A DNA stretch of 27,873 bases from a virus (Duplodnaviria > Heunggongvirae > Uroviricota > Caudoviricetes), in the IMG/VR virus record IMGVR_UViG_2778261450_000008, positions 1 to 27,873 of that record; one strand, 5' to 3'. The notes under the pieces are model-generated. The model did no database searches. It was not told the origin of the DNA and was given only the letters and a program-made list of their open reading frames with translations. This document shows, one piece after another, positions 1-7,673 of this stretch. The position numbers and the translations under genes are program-made. Positions within the stretch are counted from its first letter, which is position 1. Each line of letters begins with the position of its first letter.

Positions 1-933
1 ATGGACAACGACAAAATTGATCAACACAGCGACGAAATTGAAGTTGAGAGCGAAGAAAAAGAGCGCGGCAAAAAAATAGAAATAGATGAAGACCGACTCC
101 CCTCCCGGGCGATGGCAATTCATGAGCATATCCGCCAGGATGGTGAAAAAGAGCTGGAACGCGACGCAATGGCGCTACTGTGGTCAGCCATTGCGGCGGG
201 TCTGTCGATGGGCGCTTCGCTACTGGCAAAAGGGATATTTCATGTCGAACTGGAAGGAGTGCCAGGCAGCTTCTTACTGGAGAATCTCGGTTATACCTTT
301 GGTTTTATTATCGTCATTATGGCCCGCCAGCAATTATTTACCGAAAACACCGTGACTGCGGTACTACCCGTCATGCAAAAACCGACAATGAGCAACGTCG
401 GCTTACTTATGCGATTATGGGGCGTCGTGCTGCTGGGTAATATTCTCGGGACAGGTATTGCTGCATGGGCATTTGAATATATGCCTATCTTCAATGAAGA
501 AACTCGCGATGCATTTGTCAAAATCGGCATGGATGTGATGAAGAACACCCCCAGCGAGATGTTTGCCAACGCGATCATTTCCGGCTGGCTGATCGCCACT
601 ATGGTTTGGATGTTTCCTGCTGCGGGTGCGGCAAAGATTGTGGTGATTATATTGATGACCTGGCTTATTGCACTGGGTGACACCACCCACATCGTTGTCG
701 GTTCTGTTGAAATCCTCTATCTGGTGTTTAACGGCACGCTGCACTGGAGCGATTTCATCTGGCCCTTCGCACTACCTACTTTAGCGGGGAACATCTGCGG
801 CGGCACCTTTATCTTCGCGTTAATGAGTCATGCACAGATTCGTAACGACATGAGCAACAAGCGTAAAGCAGAAGCACGCCAAAAAGCAGAACGTGCGGAA
901 AACATTAAGAAAAATGATAAAAACCCAGCATAA
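1..933 (+). CDS. yfdC: Formate/nitrite transporter (FNT) family inner-membrane channel, host gene flanking the prophage
   Basis: 310-aa ORF starting at ATG at position 1; multi-pass hydrophobic protein matching my recollection of E. coli K-12 YfdC, the gene next to argW and the CPS-53 integration site. Not searched. Confidence 0.88.
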   Translation: MDNDKIDQHSDEIEVESEEKERGKKIEIDEDRLPSRAMAIHEHIRQDGEKELERDAMALLWSAIAAGLSMGASLLAKGIFHVELEGVPGSFLLENLGYTFGFIIVIMARQQLFTENTVTAVLPVMQKPTMSNVGLLMRLWGVVLLGNILGTGIAAWAFEYMPIFNEETRDAFVKIGMDVMKNTPSEMFANAIISGWLIATMVWMFPAAGAAKIVVIILMTWLIALGDTTHIVVGSVEILYLVFNGTLHWSDFIWPFALPTLAGNICGGTFIFALMSHAQIRNDMSNKRKAEARQKAERAENIKKNDKNPA

Positions 934-968
934 ATGGCGAGGGTTTAAGCAATCGAGCGGCAGCGTAC

Positions 969-997
969 TTACCCCGCAGTCCATTAGCGGGTATACT
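969..997 (+). promoter_or_regulatory. Candidate sigma70 promoter for the tRNA-Arg gene
   Basis: TATACT (992-997) about 11 nt upstream of the tRNA 5' end, weak -35-like TTACCC (969-974) at 17-bp spacing, and a GC-rich discriminator (catgccgc) typical of stable-RNA promoters. Motif reading only. Confidence 0.35.
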
Positions 998-1008
998 CAT
1001 GCCGCATT

Positions 1009-1083
1009 GTCCTCTTAGTTAAATGGATATAACGAGCCCCTCCTAAGGGCTAATTGCAGGTTCGATTCCTGCAGGGGACACCA
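1009..1083 (+). tRNA. argW: tRNA-Arg (anticodon CCU); prophage attachment site (attL side)
   Basis: 75-nt sequence GTCCTCTTAGTTAAATGGATATAACGAGCCCCTCCTAAGGGCTAATTGCAGGTTCGATTCCTGCAGGGGACACCA; acceptor stem pairs with the 3' end, CCT anticodon in the loop, GGTTCGATTCC T-arm. An integrase gene follows immediately. Confidence 0.93.
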
Positions 1084-1208
1084 TTTATCAGTTCGCTCCC
1101 ATCCGTACCAGTCCGCAAAATCCCCTGAATATCAAGCCTTCCGTAGATTCACAGTTCGTCATGGTTCGCGTCAGATCGTTGACAGCCGCACCCCATGACG
1201 GGTAAAAA

Positions 1209-2402
1209 GTGGATAAAATAATTTTACCCTCCGGATTTTTACCCATGCTCACCGTTAAGCAGATTGAAGCAGCAAAGCCGAAAGAAAAACCATACCGCCT
1301 TCTCGATGGTAATGGCCTGTACCTTTATGTCCCTGTATCCGGGAAAAAGGTATGGCAGCTTCGCTACAAGATTGACGGTAAGGAGAAAATCCTGACCGTC
1401 GGAAAATATCCGTTTATGACTTTGCAGGAGGCAAGGGATAAGGCATGGACTGCGAGGAAAGACATCTCGGCTGGCATCGATCCGGTAAAGGCGAAAAAGG
1501 CTTCGTCTAACAACAATTCCTTTAGTGCGATTTACAAGGAATGGTACGAGCACAAGAAGCAAGTCTGGTCAGTAGGCTATGCAACTGAACTTGCAAAAAT
1601 GTTTGATGACGACATTTTACCTATCATCGGCGGCCTTGAAATTCAGGATATTGAGCCGATGCAACTTCTGGAAGTAATCCGCAGATTTGAAGATCGCGGT
1701 GCAATGGAGCGAGCAAATAAAGCCCGCAGAAGATGCGGCGAGGTTTTCCGTTACGCTATTGTCACTGGTAGGGCTAAATATAACCCGGCACCTGACCTTG
1801 CTGACGCCATGAAGGGATACCGCAAGAAGAACTTCCCGTTTCTTCCTGCCGACCAGATCCCGGCATTCAACAAAGCACTTGCAACATTTTCAGGAAGTAT
1901 CGTATCGCTCATTGCGACAAAAGTTTTACGCTACACAGCCCTCAGAACAAAAGAGCTTCGTTCCATGCAATGGAAGAACGTCGATTTTGAAAACAGGATT
2001 ATCACCATTGACGCCAGTGTGATGAAGGGACGCAAAATTCATGTGGTTCCGATGTCGGACCAGGTAGTTGAACTTCTCACTACGCTAAGCTCCATCACTA
2101 AACCAGTATCAGAGTTTGTTTTTGCCGGGCGCAACGATAAGAAAAAGCCAATCTGCGAGAACGCGGTGCTACTTGTGATAAAACAAATCGGCTATGAGGG
2201 TCTGGAAAGCGGTCACGGATTCAGGCATGAATTCAGCACGATTATGAACGAGCACGAATGGCCTGCCGACGCCATTGAAGTGCAACTGGCACATGCCAAC
2301 GGCGGTTCTGTGCGCGGGATTTACAACCATGCGCAGTATCTCGATAAACGCAGGGAAATGATGCAATGGTGGGCGGACTGGCTTGATGAAAAGGTGGAGT
2401 GA
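1209..2402 (+). CDS. intS: Prophage tyrosine integrase (site-specific recombinase); likely true start is ATG at 1245
   Basis: The track ORF begins on GTG at 1209. From MLTVKQIEAAKPKEKPYRLLDGNGLYLYV it matches my recollection of CPS-53 IntS. C-terminal HGFRHEF and IYNHAQY are consistent with a tyrosine recombinase catalytic region. It sits directly beside the tRNA. Confidence 0.9.
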   Translation: MDKIILPSGFLPMLTVKQIEAAKPKEKPYRLLDGNGLYLYVPVSGKKVWQLRYKIDGKEKILTVGKYPFMTLQEARDKAWTARKDISAGIDPVKAKKASSNNNSFSAIYKEWYEHKKQVWSVGYATELAKMFDDDILPIIGGLEIQDIEPMQLLEVIRRFEDRGAMERANKARRRCGEVFRYAIVTGRAKYNPAPDLADAMKGYRKKNFPFLPADQIPAFNKALATFSGSIVSLIATKVLRYTALRTKELRSMQWKNVDFENRIITIDASVMKGRKIHVVPMSDQVVELLTTLSSITKPVSEFVFAGRNDKKKPICENAVLLVIKQIGYEGLESGHGFRHEFSTIMNEHEWPADAIEVQLAHANGGSVRGIYNHAQYLDKRREMMQWWADWLDEKVE

Positions 2403-2555
2403 TCCACCTTAACCACTATCGAAGAGCGCAAAGCCTAGCAATCCAGTGCAAAGCTTTGTGTGCATCAGTTTTGTCTCATCAACCACAGCAAGTCATCGAT
2501 CGATTGAGACTTGGATGATAGACTTCATGCCTTTGATTATTAGCTGATAGAAGAA

Positions 2556-2918
2556 ATGTTAAAGCTATTTGCAAAGTACACCTCGATTGGTGTGCTGAAC
2601 ACACTTATACACTGGGTGGTTTTTGGTGTATGTATCTATGTCGCGCATACAAACCAAGCTCTTGCAAACTTCGCAGGTTTTGTTGTGGCTGTGAGTTTTA
2701 GCTTCTTCGCGAATGCAAAATTCACATTCAAAGCATCAACTACAACGATGCGCTACATGTTATATGTCGGGTTCATGGGAACACTGAGTGCAACTGTTGG
2801 ATGGGCTGCTGATAGATGTTCACTTCCTCCAATTGTCACTCTCATCACCTTCTCAGCCATCAGTCTTGTGTGCGGTTTCGTCTATTCAAAGTTCATTGTC
2901 TTTAGGGATGCGAAATGA
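2556..2918 (+). CDS. gtrA: GtrA-family bactoprenol-linked glucose translocase (flippase)
   Basis: 120-aa, four predicted membrane helices, matches my recollection of YfdG/GtrA; first gene of a three-gene operon after int, with a 4-nt overlap with gtrB. Confidence 0.85.
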   Translation: MLKLFAKYTSIGVLNTLIHWVVFGVCIYVAHTNQALANFAGFVVAVSFSFFANAKFTFKASTTTMRYMLYVGFMGTLSATVGWAADRCSLPPIVTLITFSAISLVCGFVYSKFIVFRDAK

Positions 2919-3841
2919 AGATATCTCTTGTAGTTCCTGTCTTCAATGAAGAAGAAGCAATACCAATTTTTTATAAAACGGTACGTGAATTCGAAGAGTT
3001 GAAGCCATACGAAGTGGAAATTGTTTTCATAAATGACGGCAGCAAAGACGCTACGGAGTCAATTATTAATGCTCTGGCTGTTTCAGATCCTCTAGTTGTT
3101 CCGCTGTCATTTACACGAAACTTTGGTAAAGAACCAGCATTATTCGCAGGGTTAGACCATGCAACAGGCGATGCTGTTATTCCAATTGATGTTGACCTGC
3201 AAGACCCGATTGAGGTTATTCCTCATCTTATTGAAAAGTGGCAGGCAGGTGCTGATATGGTGCTTGCTAAACGATCTGACCGCTCAACGGATGGCAGACT
3301 GAAGAGGAAAACCGCCGAGTGGTTCTATAAGCTTCACAATAAAATCAGCAATCCGCAGATCGAGGAAAATGTTGGTGATTTCCGTCTGATGTCTCGTGAA
3401 GTCGTAGAGAACATTAAGCTCATGCCAGAACGCAACCTTTTCATGAAGGGTGTTTTGAGTTGGGTTGGTGGTCGCACTGATATCGTTGATTATGCCCGCG
3501 CAGAACGTGTTGCTGGCAGTACCAAGTTCAACGGATGGAAGTTGTGGAATCTTGCTCTTGAGGGAATTACGAGCTTCTCGACTTTTCCGCTACGTATGTG
3601 GACTTACATCGGCCTTCTCGTCGCTGGCTTAGCATTTACATATGGCGCATGGATGATTCTGGACACTCTGGCGTTTGGAAACCCGGTTAGAGGTTATCCA
3701 TCCCTGCTAGTATCTATACTTTTCCTTGGTGGTATCCAACTCATTGGTATTGGTGTTCTTGGTGAGTACATTGGACGAATTTATATTGAAACAAAGCAAA
3801 GGCCGAAATATCTTTTAAAGAGTTCTAAAAATGAAAAATAA
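2915..3841 (+). CDS. gtrB: GtrB-family bactoprenol glucosyltransferase (GT2 family)
   Basis: 308-aa with an N-terminal GT2 signature (VVPVFNEEE...INDGSKD...DVDLQDP) and C-terminal membrane helices; YfdH/GtrB-like. Confidence 0.88.
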   Translation: MKISLVVPVFNEEEAIPIFYKTVREFEELKPYEVEIVFINDGSKDATESIINALAVSDPLVVPLSFTRNFGKEPALFAGLDHATGDAVIPIDVDLQDPIEVIPHLIEKWQAGADMVLAKRSDRSTDGRLKRKTAEWFYKLHNKISNPQIEENVGDFRLMSREVVENIKLMPERNLFMKGVLSWVGGRTDIVDYARAERVAGSTKFNGWKLWNLALEGITSFSTFPLRMWTYIGLLVAGLAFTYGAWMILDTLAFGNPVRGYPSLLVSILFLGGIQLIGIGVLGEYIGRIYIETKQRPKYLLKSSKNEK

Positions 3842-5291
3842 CATTAAGATTTACTTATTTATCACATTCTTACTTGCGCTCCCAATTATAATTGCAAATG
3901 TTTACTACAGCGATGATATGAGCAGAGCAATGAGCGGCGTAACTTATTGGGGAATTGATGGTAGACCATTATCAGATAGATTAATGATTATTCTTAATTT
4001 TAACAATCATCTAACTGACTTGGCTCCATTGCCTCTAATAATAGCATGTTTGCTATTGTCTATTTCATTTTATCTATTTCACATTAAATTATTTAATTCA
4101 GATAATCATTATCTTTTTTTACCGTTGTCATTTTTATTAAGTCCATTTATAATCGAACCTCTATCATACAGGTTTGATAGCTTAACCATCTCAGCTTCGA
4201 TATTTTTTGCATTTGCATTTATTTGTCTAAACTATAAAAACACGGTAATTTCATTTATTTTACATTCTAGCTTTATAGTTATCTTATTTTCATTTTACCA
4301 AGCATCTATTAATATAGTTTTTATATTAATCTCTATAGAAATGTTTGTTAACATAAAGAATAATAAAGAGCCAACACACATAATAAAGTCAATTGCATTT
4401 CGAATTATCGAAGTATTGGTTGGCGCTGTTATCTATATGAGGGTTGTACTGCCGTTAACTCATGTTAATGACAATAGTCAAAATCACCCAGGAGTTGCCA
4501 CAAATATTATAGATGTAATTCATAAGAACTTTATTGCGTATTATGATTTCTACACTAGAAATATAATCCCTGAGCATGGGAGTGAATTATTAATTGGTAG
4601 TTTTATTGTATCATTTGCATTTGCCATTAAATTGGTTTTTGTTTACATTAAAAAACACAAGTGTAATGCTGCTGTTTTTTTATCTTTGATGGCAGTGTTA
4701 TCATTACCTTTGACTTTTATATCATCAATGATTTCATTACTTCTCCTTGAAAACACTCTAACAACTTTTGCAAGGGTTTATATTGGGTTTAATGGTCTTT
4801 TTTTATTCATCTTCACCCTTTTATATTTGGGAATAAATAACACAAGAATTGTCAACGGTATATTTTTAATATTCCTTTTTTATATAATTACTCTTTTTTA
4901 TTCATATGGAAATGCTTTGCGAGCACAAGATGATAAAAATAAATACATTGCTGAAATTATTGGGCTAGCGTTAAAAAACATACCCGAAAATAGTGTTAAT
5001 GTTATGTTTAATGGTAGTTCACCAAAATCCCCTATACTACTTAATTCAGAATTAAATTATCCACTATTCAAAACAATAGTACTCGACTACTTCTATAACT
5101 GGTATGGCTCTCATGTATACCTCAAGATTAGAGGAGTAAATCAAAATTATCCTGATTTTTCCAGTAAAGAAGTATCTATGTTCATGAAGGACTATTGTAA
5201 ATCAACACTAATTTATTCATCTAATGATATTAAAATTTATCGTGATAATGAGAATGTAATGGTGAGTTTTGATGATTCTTTATGTAAATAA
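3831..5291 (+). CDS. GtrC-type serotype-specific O-antigen glucosyltransferase (polytopic membrane protein)
   Basis: 486-aa, very hydrophobic, strongly AT-rich codon usage, third position of the gtr operon and overlapping the gtrB stop. The specificity subunit is normally the most divergent and most recently acquired. Confidence 0.7.
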   Translation: MKNNIKIYLFITFLLALPIIIANVYYSDDMSRAMSGVTYWGIDGRPLSDRLMIILNFNNHLTDLAPLPLIIACLLLSISFYLFHIKLFNSDNHYLFLPLSFLLSPFIIEPLSYRFDSLTISASIFFAFAFICLNYKNTVISFILHSSFIVILFSFYQASINIVFILISIEMFVNIKNNKEPTHIIKSIAFRIIEVLVGAVIYMRVVLPLTHVNDNSQNHPGVATNIIDVIHKNFIAYYDFYTRNIIPEHGSELLIGSFIVSFAFAIKLVFVYIKKHKCNAAVFLSLMAVLSLPLTFISSMISLLLLENTLTTFARVYIGFNGLFLFIFTLLYLGINNTRIVNGIFLIFLFYIITLFYSYGNALRAQDDKNKYIAEIIGLALKNIPENSVNVMFNGSSPKSPILLNSELNYPLFKTIVLDYFYNWYGSHVYLKIRGVNQNYPDFSSKEVSMFMKDYCKSTLIYSSNDIKIYRDNENVMVSFDDSLCK

Positions 5292-5306
5292 ACACCACAA
5301 TTAAGC

Positions 5307-5337
5307 AAAAGACCATCTCCTAAAGATATGGTCTTTT
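5307..5337. terminator. Bidirectional intrinsic terminator between gtrC and the tailspike
   Basis: Perfect 10-bp inverted repeat AAAAGACCAT / ATGGTCTTTT with an 11-nt loop; A-run on the left and T-run on the right, so it can act on either strand. Confidence 0.5.
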
Positions 5338-5349
5338 GCAGAAACAATT

Positions 5350-5380
5350 AAAGCCGTTGAATATAAAAATTAACGGCTTT
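5350..5380. terminator. Second hairpin in the convergent gtrC/tailspike intergenic region
   Basis: 9-bp inverted repeat AAAGCCGTT / AACGGCTTT with a 13-nt AT-rich loop; the T-run is weak, so termination is uncertain. Confidence 0.3.
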
Positions 5381-5387
5381 CTTATAG

Positions 5388-7193
5388 CTAAATTAGTTTA
5401 ACATCTACATTTCCTGCCGTTATCGGATCTTCAAGAACAGATGCTATGAATCTTACGACTGTGACAGCGCCAGTACCACCATAAACATATCCTTGAATTA
5501 GGTTTGGTGTTGTAGAAGAATCTCGACGAAAGTTAGATGAATTTACTGTTATGTACAAATTAAATGAATTTGTGCCATTGTTCTCAAACCTAAATATTGG
5601 CAAAGAAATTGGTGGATTTGCTGGGACAACCTGAAATTGACATCCATTTATCACCATTGTACCGTCATAAATAGATGGCGAAGCTTGGACTACTGCTATT
5701 CTTTCCCCCTTTACATTCTCACTTCCACAACTATTCATTGTTATTCCATGAGGGTTATTGAAAAGATAAGCTCTTGATATTGTCTCAGTAGTACCAGACA
5801 TAGGAAATATAGAATCAGCAGTACAACAATTTAGTGTTGTGTACTGTTGAGCGTCAATTTCAAAACCAATTTGATAATTAACAACTCCCACCTGGTCTAG
5901 AAGATTACTTGTTCCAGAAAGGTTATATATACCATCCCTCACTTTACCTAAATAAAAACCAGTAAACTGCCCAATAGCCAAACCTAAAAAACCGCACCGT
6001 TCAAATATATTTGAGAAGCAATCTTCACCCCAAAAACCATAATACCCACATTCTACACGCAAGTCTCTTAACAAACTTGAAGCCATGTAAGGAGAGTATA
6101 TTCCATATGTTGGTTGATTATTTCTATCTATAATTTCATGACGTCTTAAAGTAACACCTTGTATCTCTACGCCTGTAGCATAGTTATCACTCTCAACACC
6201 ATCTACAACGAATTTTTTTGGAAGAATAATCAGCAGTGCATCCACTGAGACTCCAGAAATTATGGTGTTCGCGTTATTTGTTGTTTTAGAGATAATCGTC
6301 TTATTTTGACCTTGACCTATGATTCCAGACCATGACTTTACAACAGGACTTTCGGAGGTTAGATATTCACCTGACATAAAATGAATAGGGGTATTATTAT
6401 CATATCCATATGATAAAGCCTTTGATATTGCAGAGGCGTTGTCAAAATCATTTATCGGTTTTGCTCCAAAATACTCTACCCATATCTCACCATCAACAAC
6501 CCTCCTCCAAGCAAATTTACCTGAACTTGGAACAATAACAATCCCTCCATCATCGGCAATCTGTGATGTGCTATTGTCGAAAGACTGGAAGTAACCACCG
6601 CCATAATGTTTTTCAGTTGCTGTAGCACTTGCTGCTGAAGCTACATAGACAATTTCTCCAGCAACTAATGGTATTGAATCCCTCAGCGCATCTAAATTGA
6701 GAAAGTTGCCTATGTGGCGAAAGCCATCATCAGCAGCCAAGTCACTTCTCAACGTATCTATTTTATGGGCATTATTGTCAAGAGCATCTTTGACAGTTTC
6801 ATCTCCATAACCAACCAGAGATGCGCCATCAGGGCCAGAAAGCTCAGCCCTTAACTGATCTGGAGAATATTTCAGTAGATCAGGATAATAGAATTGTTGT
6901 GCGCCATACGCATCATATACAGCCATGGAGTGATTCTGTACAGTTACGAACTTGGTAATCTGTCCGTTATATACGGGGTAACCAGCAGCATTAATGATGA
7001 TTGGTTGCGAAACAGGAACGTGAGAACCGTCTTCGTTCTCTATATAAACCTGAATCTGGTTTTCAGGATTTACCGGGTCAGTGTCAATTTTACCGATATA
7101 AATTTTGCCATTGGCTACAGCTTTAAAAGAACGAGCCATAGTGAAGAGTTGAGAAGGCATGCTTACCACAACATTTGCGGTGATATCTGACAT
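5388..7193 (-). CDS. Tailspike protein: P22-type N-terminal head-binding domain fused to a distinct receptor-binding (probable polysaccharide depolymerase) domain
   Basis: The track ORF starts at 7241 but a GGAG Shine-Dalgarno precedes the ATG at 7193. From there [46 protein letters not shown]... closely matches my recollection of the P22 gp9 N-terminus. The remainder does not match P22 and its 3' part is visibly AT-rich. Confidence 0.85.
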   Translation of the reverse strand: MSDITANVVVSMPSQLFTMARSFKAVANGKIYIGKIDTDPVNPENQIQVYIENEDGSHVPVSQPIIINAAGYPVYNGQITKFVTVQNHSMAVYDAYGAQQFYYPDLLKYSPDQLRAELSGPDGASLVGYGDETVKDALDNNAHKIDTLRSDLAADDGFRHIGNFLNLDALRDSIPLVAGEIVYVASAASATATEKHYGGGYFQSFDNSTSQIADDGGIVIVPSSGKFAWRRVVDGEIWVEYFGAKPINDFDNASAISKALSYGYDNNTPIHFMSGEYLTSESPVVKSWSGIIGQGQNKTIISKTTNNANTIISGVSVDALLIILPKKFVVDGVESDNYATGVEIQGVTLRRHEIIDRNNQPTYGIYSPYMASSLLRDLRVECGYYGFWGEDCFSNIFERCGFLGLAIGQFTGFYLGKVRDGIYNLSGTSNLLDQVGVVNYQIGFEIDAQQYTTLNCCTADSIFPMSGTTETISRAYLFNNPHGITMNSCGSENVKGERIAVVQASPSIYDGTMVINGCQFQVVPANPPISLPIFRFENNGTNSFNLYITVNSSNFRRDSSTTPNLIQGYVYGGTGAVTVVRFIASVLEDPITAGNVDVKLI

Positions 7194-7314
7194 TTCATTG
7201 CTCCAGACGAATGATATGATGCAACCATGATTTGATTGCATACCGAAATGGTACTATTGAGTATTTATCCAGTAGGTTACGATGCCATTCCACCCAACTG
7301 GTGAGGCATCAAGG
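7194..7314. promoter_or_regulatory. Divergent intergenic region between tailspike and mnt; candidate promoter/operator
   Basis: 121-bp AT-rich spacer between two divergent starts. It contains TTGATT (7233-7238), a TACC-N5-GGTA inverted repeat (7241-7253) and TATTGA/TATTTA elements. Inferred from position only. Confidence 0.3.
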
Positions 7315-7575
7315 ATGTACAGCAAATACGACGAGGCGCAGTTTCACTTGAGACTTCCGCATGAACTTCACGCGAAAATTAAACAGCGCGCGAAGATGAA
7401 TAACAGGTCACTGAACTCAGAGATAATTGCAGCGATTGAAGAATCATTGGCTAAACAAAGCTTTGCATCAGTTTACATTGACGATGCAGAGCGTATGGCA
7501 GAACAACAATCTGATATGGTTAAGAAAATTGTCTTTGATACGCTCAAAGAGCTATATAAAAAAGACAGCAGCTAA
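7315..7575 (+). CDS. mnt: Mnt-like ribbon-helix-helix repressor (Arc/Mnt family); alternative start at 7282
   Basis: C-terminus DAERMAEQQSDMVKKIVFDTLKELYKK matches my recollection of P22 Mnt (DAERLADEQSELVKKMVFDTLKDLYKK); the N-terminal RHH region aligns from MYSKYDEAQFHLRLP. No arc or ant ORF is adjacent. Confidence 0.75.
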   Translation: MYSKYDEAQFHLRLPHELHAKIKQRAKMNNRSLNSEIIAAIEESLAKQSFASVYIDDAERMAEQQSDMVKKIVFDTLKELYKKDSS

Positions 7576-7595
7576 CCATCAGTTACGGAGGATTT

Positions 7596-7673
7596 ATGCA
7601 AAGAGATATGCTGAATATTGCGTTATACATATTTGGTTTTTGCACGTTCCTGGTGTTTGCGAAGCTATTCTGA
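7596..7673 (+). CDS. Candidate 25-aa hydrophobic membrane peptide (MQRDMLNIALYIFGFCTFLVFAKLF)
   Basis: ATG preceded by GGAGG at ideal spacing (acGGAGGatttATG), 20 nt after the mnt stop; single predicted transmembrane helix; its 3' end overlaps the gp16-like gene on the opposite strand. Too short for the supplied track. Confidence 0.35.
   Translation: MQRDMLNIALYIFGFCTFLVFAKLF

Noticed and set aside
86-744. Alternative-frame and antisense ORFs overlapping yfdC (86-355, 180-440, 291-692, 415-744)
   Set aside because: They lie entirely within the 310-aa FNT transporter gene, which accounts for the coding signal; none has an independent start context.
1209-1244. Integrase N-terminal extension MDKIILPSGFLP in the track
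   Set aside because: The codon at 1209 is GTG. The conserved integrase sequence starts at the ATG at 1245, and the extension overlaps the att/tRNA-proximal region.
2403-2555. Dam/OxyR phase-variation switch upstream of gtrA, as described for Salmonella gtr operons
   Set aside because: That switch needs paired GATC sites inside OxyR half-sites. I find only one GATC here (2498-2501), so the architecture is not supported by this sequence.
7194-7241. Tailspike N-terminal extension [16 protein letters not shown] in the track
   Set aside because: The P22-type tailspike begins at [11 protein letters not shown] (ATG 7193) with a GGAG Shine-Dalgarno site upstream; the extension would remove the promoter region shared with mnt.
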